Part shown: piece by piece, positions 1 to 9,516 of the stretch
Position numbering within the stretch: position 1 is the stretch's first letter
Layout of the letters: every line of letters begins with the position of its first letter
IMG/VR virus record: IMGVR_UViG_3300048883_000431
Coordinates: 1-64,000 of that record
Source: a virus
DNA: 64,000 nucleotides
Direction: 5' to 3' (one strand)
Translations under genes and position numbers: made by a program
The notes under the pieces: generated by a model
What the model was told of the DNA's origin: nothing
Database searches by the model: none
The model's input: only the letters and a program-made list of their open reading frames with translations

Positions 1-2
1 TT

Positions 3-275
3 GCAGGCATCGCTACCGCCACATTTCGTGCTGTCACGGAGCCACAGGCGAACATCCTTGTGGGACTGACCGTGGAGATGCGGGACAACCTAACATTGAT
101 CGAGCGGAACACACGGATGACCGCAGAAATTCTCGGCGGTGACGTTCTAGGTGCCTTGGCTGCGCAGGGAGCCAACGCACAGAATCAGGCGGCGGGGGCT
201 CCCTCAGCCCAGCAAGCGTCTGTGAACGACCGAGAACTGCTGGACGAGGGCTTTGCTGCTGATGGGAACCTCTAA
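3..275 (+). CDS. C-terminal end of a tape-measure-like protein (5' end outside window); paralog of 43527..50195
   Basis: Frame from nt 3 reads AGIATATFRAVTEPQANILVGLTVEMRD...; 38/57 aa identical without gaps (manual count) to the TMP segment at 49920..50090. Confidence 0.8.
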   Translation, partial: AGIATATFRAVTEPQANILVGLTVEMRDNLTLIERNTRMTAEILGGDVLGALAAQGANAQNQAAGAPSAQQASVNDRELLDEGFAADGNL

Positions 276-313
276 GACTATACTCACATAGGCACGAGAC
301 CCAGGAGGACAGC

Positions 314-382
314 ATGGCAAACCAAGACGTACGGCACTACCCACAGGTCTTCAATGTTGCTGCGGCCGCAGACGCCGACTAG
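314..382 (+). CDS. 22-aa mini-ORF (leader peptide or gene remnant)
   Basis: TATACT at 279-284, strong SD AGGAGG, MANQDVRHYPQVFNVAAAADAD* (read manually). Confidence 0.35.
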   Translation: MANQDVRHYPQVFNVAAAADAD

Positions 383-467
383 GCAAAGGAACCTTTCGGG
401 AACACCTGTCGGTACATCCCTCCCGGCGGGCCGACTCGTCACTGTACTATGAACGAAGGGGCATATT

Positions 468-1859
468 ATGGCTCAGCCGGACGAACGTGACATTCTACTA
501 TCGCAGACTACGGTGCCCACGTTTACAGCGAACGTGTACACCTCGTCTTGGGTCCGAGGGGCAGACTGGGAACGAGTGGTTGGTGTGATCTATTCCAACC
601 AGGCCAGCATCGCGTCTGGGTTCAAGATAGAGCAGTCTATTGACCGGTCAACGATCTTGGACACGCAAACCTACACCATAGCTGCGTCAACAGGTACCCG
701 AGTTGAGGCCCAGGTCGTTGCCTCGTGGTTCCGGGTATCGTTCGAGCATGGTGGTGTAGCCCCCACAACCTTCCAGCTAGAGGCGTACGGCAGCATTGCG
801 GTTGTTGCCAGTTCCTTGCTAGGAAGCTCTGTAACTGTTGCAGGAGCCGCTGCCGAAGACGCTGCGGTAGTTGGTGATCCGGTACTTACTGGTGGTCGTT
901 ATGATTCCAGTGACAGATCGCTAGACGATGGTGACGTAGGCGCACTTGCGGTCACTGCGGCTGGCGAGGTCAAGATTTCAAGCGGCATAGGCGCTACGGG
1001 TCTTGGCAAAGCAGTCGATGGTGTCGGTGGTGCAACAGATACTGGAATCGCCGTTCTCGCCCTGCGGGATGATGCCCTTACAGCATTGACGCCGGTTGAC
1101 GGTGACTACGTGCGGTTGCGCGTGGATGCTAACGGCGCATTGTGGACACGCGACGACATTCTCGAAGCGGTCGTATCGGGATCGGAACTGCAAGTTGATG
1201 TTGTTACCCTACCAGGTGTAAGTGCCGAAAATGAGACTCCGGGAAGCGGCATGCTTATCCAGGGGGATGATGGTGGCGCAATGGGGGGCAACGTCAGGAA
1301 TATAGCAATCAATACTGCTGGACACCTACAGGTCGATACCACCGATGTTGTTCCGGGTACTGGCGCAACCAACTTGGGTAAAGCCGAGGATGCTGCGCAC
1401 ACTAGTGGCGACGTAGGTGTGATGGCGTTGGCCGTCCGTAACACCATCTTGGCTTCGTTGAGTGGCGCTGATGGCGATTATAGTGCGCTGCAAGTCGACG
1501 ACAACGGCGCGCTGTATCAGGTTCCAGGCGATCATATCGACATGGTATCGGTTGCCGGGACACAGGCGACTGCTGCGAGTACTTCCGTGATTTCTGCTCC
1601 GGGCGTGGGCAAAGCGGTCAAGATTCTGGGCGGGAACTTCCAACAGAACGCGGCCAGTCCTACCAATCCGCAACGCATCGCAATCGAAAATGGAACGGGC
1701 GGCGCAGAGAAATTCGTGGCGCGTCTCTCGGCGAATGATGGCGCAGGAATCGGCTTCTCGCATCCTGTCATCATGTCCGCGAATAACGCTGTGCATCTGG
1801 ATTCCGACCAAGCCGATTCGTTCATCTGGTCGTTGACCTACACCATCGTGGATATGTAA
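468..1859 (+). CDS. Putative virion/tail-associated protein with internal repeats
   Basis: 463 aa, G/A/D/T/V-rich; repeated unit AT(G/N)LGKA.D...D.G...LA.R...L....DGDY..L.VD.NGAL; follows the TMP-like ORF. Confidence 0.6.
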   Translation: MAQPDERDILLSQTTVPTFTANVYTSSWVRGADWERVVGVIYSNQASIASGFKIEQSIDRSTILDTQTYTIAASTGTRVEAQVVASWFRVSFEHGGVAPTTFQLEAYGSIAVVASSLLGSSVTVAGAAAEDAAVVGDPVLTGGRYDSSDRSLDDGDVGALAVTAAGEVKISSGIGATGLGKAVDGVGGATDTGIAVLALRDDALTALTPVDGDYVRLRVDANGALWTRDDILEAVVSGSELQVDVVTLPGVSAENETPGSGMLIQGDDGGAMGGNVRNIAINTAGHLQVDTTDVVPGTGATNLGKAEDAAHTSGDVGVMALAVRNTILASLSGADGDYSALQVDDNGALYQVPGDHIDMVSVAGTQATAASTSVISAPGVGKAVKILGGNFQQNAASPTNPQRIAIENGTGGAEKFVARLSANDGAGIGFSHPVIMSANNAVHLDSDQADSFIWSLTYTIVDM

Positions 1860-2156
1860 ATGGCTACGCATCGAGACTATAAGATCGTCCGGTTCTCGGT
1901 GGATCGGGCGGCCGTGCGATTCTTCGAGGGTGAATACCAAACACCGGTCGATGATCCTAATATCGGGGAGTTGGCGACTGATCCGGTGTATGTGCGTACT
2001 AGTGGGGGTGATCTAGTCTCATACGACTTCGCCTCGGATTGCACATACGAACGACTGGTGGATTTCCTGAACGACAAGCTGTCATCCATAGGCTCGTTGG
2101 ATAGCATCCCTGAACAGGTCCGGGTGCGTGAGCCGGACCTGATAGAGAAGACTTGA
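1860..2156 (+). CDS. Hypothetical protein
   Basis: 98-aa ORF abutting both neighbours. Confidence 0.6.
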   Translation: MATHRDYKIVRFSVDRAAVRFFEGEYQTPVDDPNIGELATDPVYVRTSGGDLVSYDFASDCTYERLVDFLNDKLSSIGSLDSIPEQVRVREPDLIEKT

Positions 2157-3235
2157 TGCGCCATCTTAGCGACGAACATTTCGATCAGCCTCTCATGCAG
2201 ACGCTAGTGCAGGCGCACGCTAATACTGCGCGTGGCCGGGAGCAGCTTTGCATCGCGGACGACGTTCCCGAGGGCCGCAGCATCATTGGGCTGCACCGCA
2301 ACCGCATGATTTGGCTTGCGGATCAGCAATATCCTGGCTGGCTTGGGGCGCAGCGACAACTATGGGAGGAACGACGCGCGGGGCGGCCGCACAGGCTGGT
2401 CGCAGACATACGGTGCGGCAACAAATTCACGGCGCGACTGCACGCATTGCAGCAGCAGGACGATCTGCACCCCTCTCTGCTCAGATCGTATCTGCGCTGG
2501 CGTCAGCACGGACTTCCGTATATCCCCGGCATCAGCGTGCGCACGGCCTACGCAGACTCAGCGACCCACTACCCTGACCCGAATCCAGAAACCACGAGCG
2601 TAGACGGATACGTATATCGCTACGTGCCGGGGTCTACGTGGGCGAGTCTCCGCGACGGTGCCGGGAATGCGGTCAATGCTGGCTATGGATGGTTCTACCC
2701 GACCTACCTGGACCCTGGCTCATCCTCCGGCCTGTGGGATTTGATACTACGGTCATTCTTTCTGTTCGACACGAGCGCTATAGGTGCAGGGTACTCCATC
2801 GACGCGGCCACGTGTAGCCTGTACGGCATGAGCGGGACAGACGGCGGGGGCCTCGCGCCAAGCGGGAATATCTATGCTTCCAACCCGGCCAGTAATACGA
2901 CCCTCGTCAACGCAGATTACGCGGCTGTCTCTAGGGTGCCATTTTCCGATGCCATCACCTACGCCGCATGGGATATATCAGCCTACAACGACTTCGCCTT
3001 CAACGCAGCCGGGCTGGCGGCCATTGATCCCGAGGGTATCAGTAAATTCTCGGGGCAGAGCATCGCTGACGCGACTGACACAGAGCCGACGTGGAGCGTT
3101 AACGCTAATTCCTACACGCGGGCACGAAGCGCCGAATACACCGGCACCACGCAAGACCCCAAATTGGTGGTGACTTACACCGTCAGTAGTAGCTATCGCG
3201 GCTTCATTGATCGGCTTCTTCTAGGGGTGGGCTGA
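2156..3235 (+). CDS. Putative structural protein with C-terminal DNRLRE/CBM96-like beta-sandwich
   Basis: RSFFLFDTSAI...IDAATCSLY...PKLVVTY pattern typical of DNRLRE-like domains. Confidence 0.55.
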   Translation: MRHLSDEHFDQPLMQTLVQAHANTARGREQLCIADDVPEGRSIIGLHRNRMIWLADQQYPGWLGAQRQLWEERRAGRPHRLVADIRCGNKFTARLHALQQQDDLHPSLLRSYLRWRQHGLPYIPGISVRTAYADSATHYPDPNPETTSVDGYVYRYVPGSTWASLRDGAGNAVNAGYGWFYPTYLDPGSSSGLWDLILRSFFLFDTSAIGAGYSIDAATCSLYGMSGTDGGGLAPSGNIYASNPASNTTLVNADYAAVSRVPFSDAITYAAWDISAYNDFAFNAAGLAAIDPEGISKFSGQSIADATDTEPTWSVNANSYTRARSAEYTGTTQDPKLVVTYTVSSSYRGFIDRLLLGVG

Positions 3236-3250
3236 TCTCGGATCGCTGGA

Positions 3251-3586
3251 GTGGACATACACGACATGATTAGTGCTACGGAAATAGCCCGTGATAAGGT
3301 TCTGGAACTTCTTGGTGATGAGTACGGTGAAGGGTACGGACTCAGGGTTAGGGTAAGTGGTGGTGGATGTAGTGGTATGCAATATCAGTTAGGATTTGAT
3401 ACACCACAAGATGGAGATAGAGTTGTTGACGAAGGTGGTCTACTTTTGATGGTAGATATGAAGTCATTGATTTATCTCAATGGTTCCGTAGTAGATTATG
3501 CAGAAGGTCTTATGGGTGCAGGTTTCACAGTAGACAATCCCAACGTAAGGTCTTCGTGTGGGTGTGGTGAGTCTTTCAGTGTCTGA
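3251..3586 (+). CDS. iscA: A-type Fe-S cluster carrier (IscA/ErpA/HesB family)
   Basis: LRVRVSGGGCSGMQY, GSVVDY, NPN..SSCGCGESF motifs. Confidence 0.95.
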   Translation: MDIHDMISATEIARDKVLELLGDEYGEGYGLRVRVSGGGCSGMQYQLGFDTPQDGDRVVDEGGLLLMVDMKSLIYLNGSVVDYAEGLMGAGFTVDNPNVRSSCGCGESFSV

Positions 3587-3652
3587 ACGCGTGGGCGATA
3601 TAGGAGCGTGCGGTGCCTCGGCACACCGTATGCGTAGTCGGTCTCGGTCATG

Positions 3653-4213
3653 TCAGGCCTCCAGAATGCTGTAGTCGCCCATGCGGTCCATCTCGTCGAG
3701 GTGGAACCAGTACCAGGCCCCTGACTTGGTGGACTCGTTCTTCTTCCGGCGCGTGTCGATGAGATGATGGATAGGGGCCTGGTAGACGCCAGTCGGGTAT
3801 GCGTCGGGCGGCGGCGGCTGGCGGTACTTCCGGGCGCGTGCACGATCCACCTCTGTAGGTTCTCCAGATTCGACTGCCAGAACCAGCTTCACAGGGATTT
3901 GGAAGTAGTCCCCGTAGATACGGTAGTCCTCGGAGCGTTTGCCCTCCACGCTGAATCCGAACACATGCCCGTAGATGTCCCAGCTCACGGTGTGCTCGTA
4001 TTTGACCTCGACCGCGACCGGACCTCGGGGGCCCACCACCTGGATGTCGGGCCTGCAGACCCTGACGCCCCCTGCGTCGACGTAGTGGTGCGTCCCGATG
4101 CGTAGAGAGGTATGCCCCAAGCGGTTGCTGAGAGCCATGAAGAGGTCCTCGTGGCGTTCCCCCTGGTCCCTCTGGCGTTCCCAGTCCGCGTCCTTGGTGC
4201 GGGCGTCCCTCAT
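3653..4213 (-). CDS. Putative PD-(D/E)xK nuclease
   Basis: RPDIQV...VAVEVK catalytic-type motif. Confidence 0.55.
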   Translation of the reverse strand: MRDARTKDADWERQRDQGERHEDLFMALSNRLGHTSLRIGTHHYVDAGGVRVCRPDIQVVGPRGPVAVEVKYEHTVSWDIYGHVFGFSVEGKRSEDYRIYGDYFQIPVKLVLAVESGEPTEVDRARARKYRQPPPPDAYPTGVYQAPIHHLIDTRRKKNESTKSGAWYWFHLDEMDRMGDYSILEA

Positions 4214-4224
4214 GTCGGACTCCC

Positions 4225-4368
4225 CTAGTCGCGACGGCTGTCGGCAAGGTAGTAGACCGCGAACAAGCCGAGAAACACCAGGACGCCCACGACGAGCACA
4301 AGGAGTTTGGCCCCCAGCGGCAAGGGCACCAGCGTTTCGAGCGGTGCGACGGTCACTGCGGTACTCAT
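4225..4368 (-). CDS. Small membrane protein (47 aa)
   Basis: MSTAVTVAPLETLVPLPLGAKLLVLVVGVLVFLGLFAVYYLADSRRD; one TM segment, AAGGA SD. Confidence 0.5.
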   Translation of the reverse strand: MSTAVTVAPLETLVPLPLGAKLLVLVVGVLVFLGLFAVYYLADSRRD

Positions 4369-4369
4369 G

Positions 4370-4477
4370 TCAGTCCTTCTCCCGAGATGAACGTATGAGG
4401 TGACGGGCAGCCCAGGATATGAGCACGGCGTACACGGAAATGACGATCCAGCAGCCAGCGGCTTGGTACCAGGTCAT
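4370..4477 (-). CDS. Small membrane protein (35 aa)
   Basis: MTWYQAAGCWIVISVYAVLISWAARHLIRSSREKD; ATGA overlap with upstream ORF. Confidence 0.45.
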   Translation of the reverse strand: MTWYQAAGCWIVISVYAVLISWAARHLIRSSREKD

Positions 4478-4737
4478 GCGGGGGTATCCTCGCACTTCGA
4501 GACTCTGTCCGATATGGAGCTCGTCAGGGAGTGGCAGGCGGGACACTTCACGTGGAGGACGTAGTCTTCCCCGTGGCCGAACACCATCACCGCAGAGGGT
4601 TCGCGTTTGGGCGGCAGTAGGAAGGAGGGATCGGTGCCCTCGATCTCCCACAGTGTGTGGCAGGTCTTACAGAAGGCTTGGAACCCAGCGTAGTCGGGTC
4701 CGATGGGCTTGCGAGTCGTCTTGATGAGCTTCGCCAA
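4474..4737 (-). CDS. Zinc-ribbon protein
   Basis: CKTC...CPAC pair; GGAGG SD before TTG start. Confidence 0.55.
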   Translation of the reverse strand: MAKLIKTTRKPIGPDYAGFQAFCKTCHTLWEIEGTDPSFLLPPKREPSAVMVFGHGEDYVLHVKCPACHSLTSSISDRVSKCEDTPA

Positions 4738-4882
4738 CGTGGAGCCTCCAGATTGTGTGGGAATGATACCACACCCGCCGCGTCTTGGGGTATCATCTTG
4801 GCATACGAAAGGGGGCCGACATGCCGGTTATGACTGACTGCGATGGTGTGGGCTGCACGGCGCGGGAACACACACAGGAGAG

Positions 4883-5263
4883 ATGAACATGTCGAGTGAG
4901 AGATACGTTCAGGCGAGAGACTACACCGGGAAGGCCACGGGCTTGGTGCGGCTGGGGTCCATCACGGCTCTGGACAACGCCCCGCTGCCGGATCGTCGGG
5001 CGGGAGAGTACCGACTCCACACGGTTAAGGCGGAGCCGCCCGACTGGCACTGGGAGGTGCACGGCGTCGACCAGAAGTTCCCCGACCAAGGCTACACGGC
5101 TCGCGGGACGCTGACGATCTTCCGGGTGAACTGTGGCAAAACCGATGGCGTGGGTTGGGGCAAGAACCCAGGTAACGCGGCCCTGGCGGCGCTGGAGCAG
5201 GCGGCAAAGCTGTCGAGACTAGGCATCGACGACCTTCTCGCGAAGGCCGCCGTCACGCTCTAG
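4883..5263 (+). CDS. Hypothetical protein
   Basis: AGGAG SD, 126-aa ORF. Confidence 0.55.
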   Translation: MNMSSERYVQARDYTGKATGLVRLGSITALDNAPLPDRRAGEYRLHTVKAEPPDWHWEVHGVDQKFPDQGYTARGTLTIFRVNCGKTDGVGWGKNPGNAALAALEQAAKLSRLGIDDLLAKAAVTL

Positions 5264-5945
5264 AGGTTCTTGACCTGTTGCGCAAGCTGCTCGCGTATAG
5301 TCACGTGCGTGCCTCCCCGGAGCCGACAGCGTAGCCCAGCATGTAGCCGCCACACCAACGCCGATGCCTCTTCCCCTTCCGCCCCTTCGGGCAGAGCGTG
5401 AGCGCCTGGATGAGTAGAGCCTCCGTGCCCATGAACGCGTTGCGCCCGTGAGCGTTCGCGTGCTTTCGCCCCAGCTTGTACCCCTTACCCATCTGTCTCC
5501 TCCTCCGAGTCCGCCTCGACGTAACACGTGGCCTCAAGAATCGCTCCCCACTCGTGGGGCACTAGGTATCGTGTCATCCTCCGTCCACCTCACTGTGTAT
5601 TCGCTTGGGTCTGCCACGACGTCGAGCGCCTCCTCCGTAGGGAAGCACTGGATTCCGTGGAGGTGTGCGTTCTTGTCGTGCCATTCGACGATCACCCACA
5701 TGGCGGTCCTTTCTTACCCCTATAGTATACCCCAAGCGGACCCGTCCGGGCGGTAACTGTGGCACAGCTCGTTCTCATCAGGGTACCAGGGCATCGGTTA
5801 TCTCCAGTCACCGGGGTTGTGCGGCCATTTGAGCGCTAGGTGGTCCGCGATCACCTTCGTCGGCGTCACGATGTAGGGCGGGACCGGCGATCTCCACCCG
5901 GTTTGCAGCACCTTCCGCGTGTGCGACACGACGTACATCCTCATG

Positions 5946-6161
5946 TCACAGGTCCCTTCGCCACGACTGGGGGAGACTAGCGGGGTGGTTGTGCGTGTAG
6001 GGGATGTGGAACTCGAACGTCGAACTGATCCAGCTCGGGAGGTAGAAGCGGGCACCGTAGAGGGACACGTATCGTTCGCCCTTGTCCCTGAAAACCCGCA
6101 GCGTCCATACGTGGTGGTCCCTGACCTTCTCCGACCGTATGTAAGGCGCGCCCTGGCTCAT
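5946..6161 (-). CDS. Hypothetical protein
   Basis: Overlaps dnaB stop (ATGA), 71 aa. Confidence 0.5.
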   Translation of the reverse strand: MSQGAPYIRSEKVRDHHVWTLRVFRDKGERYVSLYGARFYLPSWISSTFEFHIPYTHNHPASLPQSWRRDL

Positions 6162-7501
6162 TCCCTCATCTCCTCAAACAGTAGAATCTCGGCAGTGAAC
6201 GCCAGGTTGATGGTTCCCAGCGCGCCGTTCCGGTGTTTCCGTATGATGATCTCGGTCATACCCGCGTCGGGGGAGTGCTCGTCGTAGTAATCGTCGCGGT
6301 AGAGGAACATGACGATGTCCGCGTCCTGCTCGATGGCCCCTGACTCGCGTAAATCGGACAACATGGGTCGTTTATCGCCTCGGCCCTCCACAGCGCGGTT
6401 CAACTGCGACAAAGCGACCACACAGACGTCCAATTCACGTGCCAGTTCCTTCAGAGTGCGACTATACTCGGAGATTTCCTGCTCTCTGGACCGATTCGCG
6501 TTCACTCCACCCGACAGAAGCTGCATGTAGTCGAGAATGATGACCCCGAGCTTCGGATGTCGCAGCTTTAGCCGCCGCGCCTCGGCGCAGACCTCCAGAA
6601 TCGTGATCCCTGGGGTGTCGTTGATGTGCATTCGCGAGTTTTCGAGGTATCCCGCCGCCTGGGACATCCGTTTCCAGTCTTCCTGGGCTAGATGGCCTGT
6701 TCTGAGCTTCCCCATCGGGATTCTGCCCGCAGTAGAGAGCAAACGGGTCATTATCTGCTCCCTACCCATCTCCAGGGTGAACAATGCGACCTCAACTGCG
6801 TCTTCGTCGTCCCTAGCGGCGATATTCATGGCGATGTTATGTGCAAACGCGCTTTTGCCCATCGAGGGACGCGCAGCGACGATTATGAGGTCGCTCTTGT
6901 TCAATCCGTAGATATGATCGTCGATGGAGGGGATTCCGGTCGGGATTCCGACCAGTTTGCCCTTTCTCTTGTACACTTCCTCGATATAGGCGAAAGTGCT
7001 GGCTAAAACGTCGTTGAAGCCCGCAAAACCGCGATCTCGGAGGTAACTGGCGTCAAAAAGCGCCTTTTGGGCGTTTGCGACGACTTGGGGCAGTTCTATG
7101 TCCAAAGAGCCCGCATCTGCGAGAATATCGGACGCAGCGGCGACTAAAGCGCGTCTAGTCGCCCTATCCCGCACTATTTCGGCGTAATACTCGCAATTCG
7201 CCGCAGATGGGACCGATTCCTGAATATTGTAGAGATACATCGTCCCGCCGACTCTGGCGAGATCGTCGCTGGCTTTAAGCTCCTCAGCGAGCGTTAGAAG
7301 GTCAATCGGGTTTCCCTTCGCGGTCAGCCGCAGTGCGGCGGCATATAGGAGCTGATTCTTCCCAGCGAAGAAAACCGTCCTCACCTCACCCAAAATCGGG
7401 ATTACGGCGTGAATCGCGTCCGGGCGCTGCATTAGCGCCCCTAAGACGTGAGTTTCCGCGTCTAGCGCGTGTGGGGACGCATCTGGGGCGTTAGTCGCCA
7501 T
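6158..7501 (-). CDS. dnaB: Replicative DNA helicase DnaB
   Basis: Full N-domain plus AARPSMGKS Walker A, IILDYMQL, ALSQLNR, SDLRESGAIEQDAD. Confidence 0.97.
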   Translation of the reverse strand: MATNAPDASPHALDAETHVLGALMQRPDAIHAVIPILGEVRTVFFAGKNQLLYAAALRLTAKGNPIDLLTLAEELKASDDLARVGGTMYLYNIQESVPSAANCEYYAEIVRDRATRRALVAAASDILADAGSLDIELPQVVANAQKALFDASYLRDRGFAGFNDVLASTFAYIEEVYKRKGKLVGIPTGIPSIDDHIYGLNKSDLIIVAARPSMGKSAFAHNIAMNIAARDDEDAVEVALFTLEMGREQIMTRLLSTAGRIPMGKLRTGHLAQEDWKRMSQAAGYLENSRMHINDTPGITILEVCAEARRLKLRHPKLGVIILDYMQLLSGGVNANRSREQEISEYSRTLKELARELDVCVVALSQLNRAVEGRGDKRPMLSDLRESGAIEQDADIVMFLYRDDYYDEHSPDAGMTEIIIRKHRNGALGTINLAFTAEILLFEEMRE

Positions 7502-7580
7502 TTACCAGTCTCCCGCCCTTGATTGCGTCGATGTTGACGTAGCCCTCCCTGTAGTCCAACCCGCACCCAAAGTGCTAGCT

Positions 7581-7808
7581 CTATCCACGGTCCAGCCTCC
7601 GTTGCTCTTTCCGGTCGGCCCGCTTCTGGATGCGCTCCGCCTCGCGCCTCTTGGCACGGCAGGGGGTTCTGTGCGACACGATGACCCGCCCCGGTGTCCC
7701 CTTCTCCTGGTAGCAGGGGAGCGACCTATCGACGCTGTGCTGCGTGATCGGCGACTGGAGGTGGTCCATCTCCGCGATACGTTTCGCCCACGTCTGTCCT
7801 GGCTTCAT
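7581..7808 (-). CDS. Small basic hypothetical protein
   Basis: MKPGQTWAKR... start overlapping stop of 7805..8371. Confidence 0.45.
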   Translation of the reverse strand: MKPGQTWAKRIAEMDHLQSPITQHSVDRSLPCYQEKGTPGRVIVSHRTPCRAKRREAERIQKRADRKEQRRLDRG

Positions 7809-8371
7809 AACGGCTTCCTCAATCGGCTTGCTGGTCCTACGAGGTAGTGAAACGACTCCCAGAGGGCGAGCTTCTTGTCGACCGCGCCCCAGTCTCCGCA
7901 TCGGAACCGGGCGTCGGAGTTTCGGTTCCAGGGCTGGTCCATGGCGATACACGGGAACCCCTCGGCGTCGAACACGGCGATCTCTGTGGGACGGTCCTCG
8001 ATGTGGCACTGGACGCCCAGCTCGGTCGCCTTCGCCATCTTGGTGCCGCCCTTTGCGTGGTGGACCTCCGGGTCCGGGAACCACCGCGAGAGCCACCCCA
8101 CGCTGTCGATGTCTGGGTTGCGTGACGTGATGAAGACGACCTCCCGATCCGTCAGGACCTCGACAGCGCCTGGGATGGGCATTACCATGTCCCACTCCAT
8201 CCGATGCCACACAGCGGACACCTCGTCGTCGGTGAAGCCGAGAGCCGCGCCCAGGTCCCACTCGGTCAGGTCCTTGTGCCGGTAGCGCGTCCCGTGCAGC
8301 CGGTTCGCCTGCTTGAGCCACTCGCCCATCGCGTCGCCGACGACACCGTCGATGTCGCAGGAAATCCTCAT
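7805..8371 (-). CDS. HAD-family 5'(3')-deoxyribonucleotidase (NT5C-like)
   Basis: CDIDGV motif I, FITSR, HIED, DQPWN. Confidence 0.85.
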   Translation of the reverse strand: MRISCDIDGVVGDAMGEWLKQANRLHGTRYRHKDLTEWDLGAALGFTDDEVSAVWHRMEWDMVMPIPGAVEVLTDREVVFITSRNPDIDSVGWLSRWFPDPEVHHAKGGTKMAKATELGVQCHIEDRPTEIAVFDAEGFPCIAMDQPWNRNSDARFRCGDWGAVDKKLALWESFHYLVGPASRLRKPL

Positions 8372-8416
8372 GCCTTTTTCTTTCTGTGAGAGGCTCCTCG
8401 TTGAGCATGGCCCACA

Positions 8417-9049
8417 CTACGGGAGCAGATCAAACGCTCGGTTCACCCAGCCATTGATGAACGTGAGTTGTGACGGGTCTCGCTTCACGATCCCTGCATA
8501 GTAGAGCATCTGCCCATGTGCTAGGGATACGACTGCCGCCTGGACGAAGCTCTCGTTTCGTCCATCAGCATCCATGGTTGTGTACGAGTTGACTCTGGCG
8601 GCTGTGCCGGGGCCATACGTACCGTCCGCTGACGTACCTACAAGTGCTTGTAGCTTTCGCACGCCTGCCTTCAGAAGTCCTGTCCCGCCGTTGACTTTGA
8701 GGTCATAGAGTTTGCGTGCCACTCGCAGGCTGCTCACGTCGGTGACGTGTACTCGCCGTGAGGGGTCTGCCGGTTTGTAGAGCCATCCGAAGTCGCCGTA
8801 GAAGCTGGTCACGCCGTCTTGGATGGCCTGCATAGGCTCATACAGGCTGAGGTCTATCGGACCCTCACCCCAGTCCGAGCGTGATATAGCATCCACGTCT
8901 GCCCACCACCTCAGCTTGGGGTGGTGCACCCGACTCACCCCACCCACAGTCTCACCTCCGCGATCTCTTGGGTTGTTCGTCCATGTGAGCAGCCCACCTT
9001 CGGATTCGATGGTAGGCTCGAATATCTCTCGCATCCGTGAAGCGTTCAT
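8417..9049 (-). CDS. Glycoside hydrolase family 108 endolysin with peptidoglycan-binding C-terminus
   Basis: SEGG...NPRDRGGET.GG, ADGTYGPGT, FINGWVNR. Confidence 0.85.
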   Translation of the reverse strand: MNASRMREIFEPTIESEGGLLTWTNNPRDRGGETVGGVSRVHHPKLRWWADVDAISRSDWGEGPIDLSLYEPMQAIQDGVTSFYGDFGWLYKPADPSRRVHVTDVSSLRVARKLYDLKVNGGTGLLKAGVRKLQALVGTSADGTYGPGTAARVNSYTTMDADGRNESFVQAAVVSLAHGQMLYYAGIVKRDPSQLTFINGWVNRAFDLLP

Positions 9050-9516
9050 TCCGTTTGCTCCTTTCCTAGCCACTCCCAGGTTCCGAGCGCCGGGCGCTTG
9101 CCTCCGGTGTAGAGGTTGGCATGGCCGGACGTAACCATGGCGCGGTTGATGTCTGTCATGGTTCCGTCCTCTGCTGAAGATAGTGGATCGGTCCACAGAG
9201 AGACCATGTACCTCCCGTATTTCCCGGTACGCTCATCAATGTCTCCCGAGCGTCTACGGATTTTGTGGGTTTGAACGATGATCTTCTCGGGGCGGTGTGT
9301 AGAGGAGTTGTGTAGGAACGCACTGAGCGCATTCTTGGCCGCGATCCCCTTCGACTTCTCCGGCTCTGGAGTCCGTGAGTGGGACTCCGGCGTATTGATC
9401 CCGTACAATCGCACTCGCCGTTCGATCAGGACGCCAAACCCGAGGTCCATCGTCATGTCCAACGTATCTCCGTCGATGACTCGGAAGGATTTGACACCGT
9501 AGTAGAACAGGTTCAT
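9046..9516 (-). CDS. Thermonuclease (SNase-like) family nuclease
   Basis: RVIDGDT, RVRLYGINTPE, GKYGRY, IN..MV..GHA. Confidence 0.9.
   Translation of the reverse strand: MNLFYYGVKSFRVIDGDTLDMTMDLGFGVLIERRVRLYGINTPESHSRTPEPEKSKGIAAKNALSAFLHNSSTHRPEKIIVQTHKIRRRSGDIDERTGKYGRYMVSLWTDPLSSAEDGTMTDINRAMVTSGHANLYTGGKRPALGTWEWLGKEQTE

Noticed and set aside
1-540. Terminal redundancy or circular overlap with 49900-50390
   Set aside because: Similarity is at the protein level with many synonymous changes and unrelated intergenic DNA; not an identical repeat
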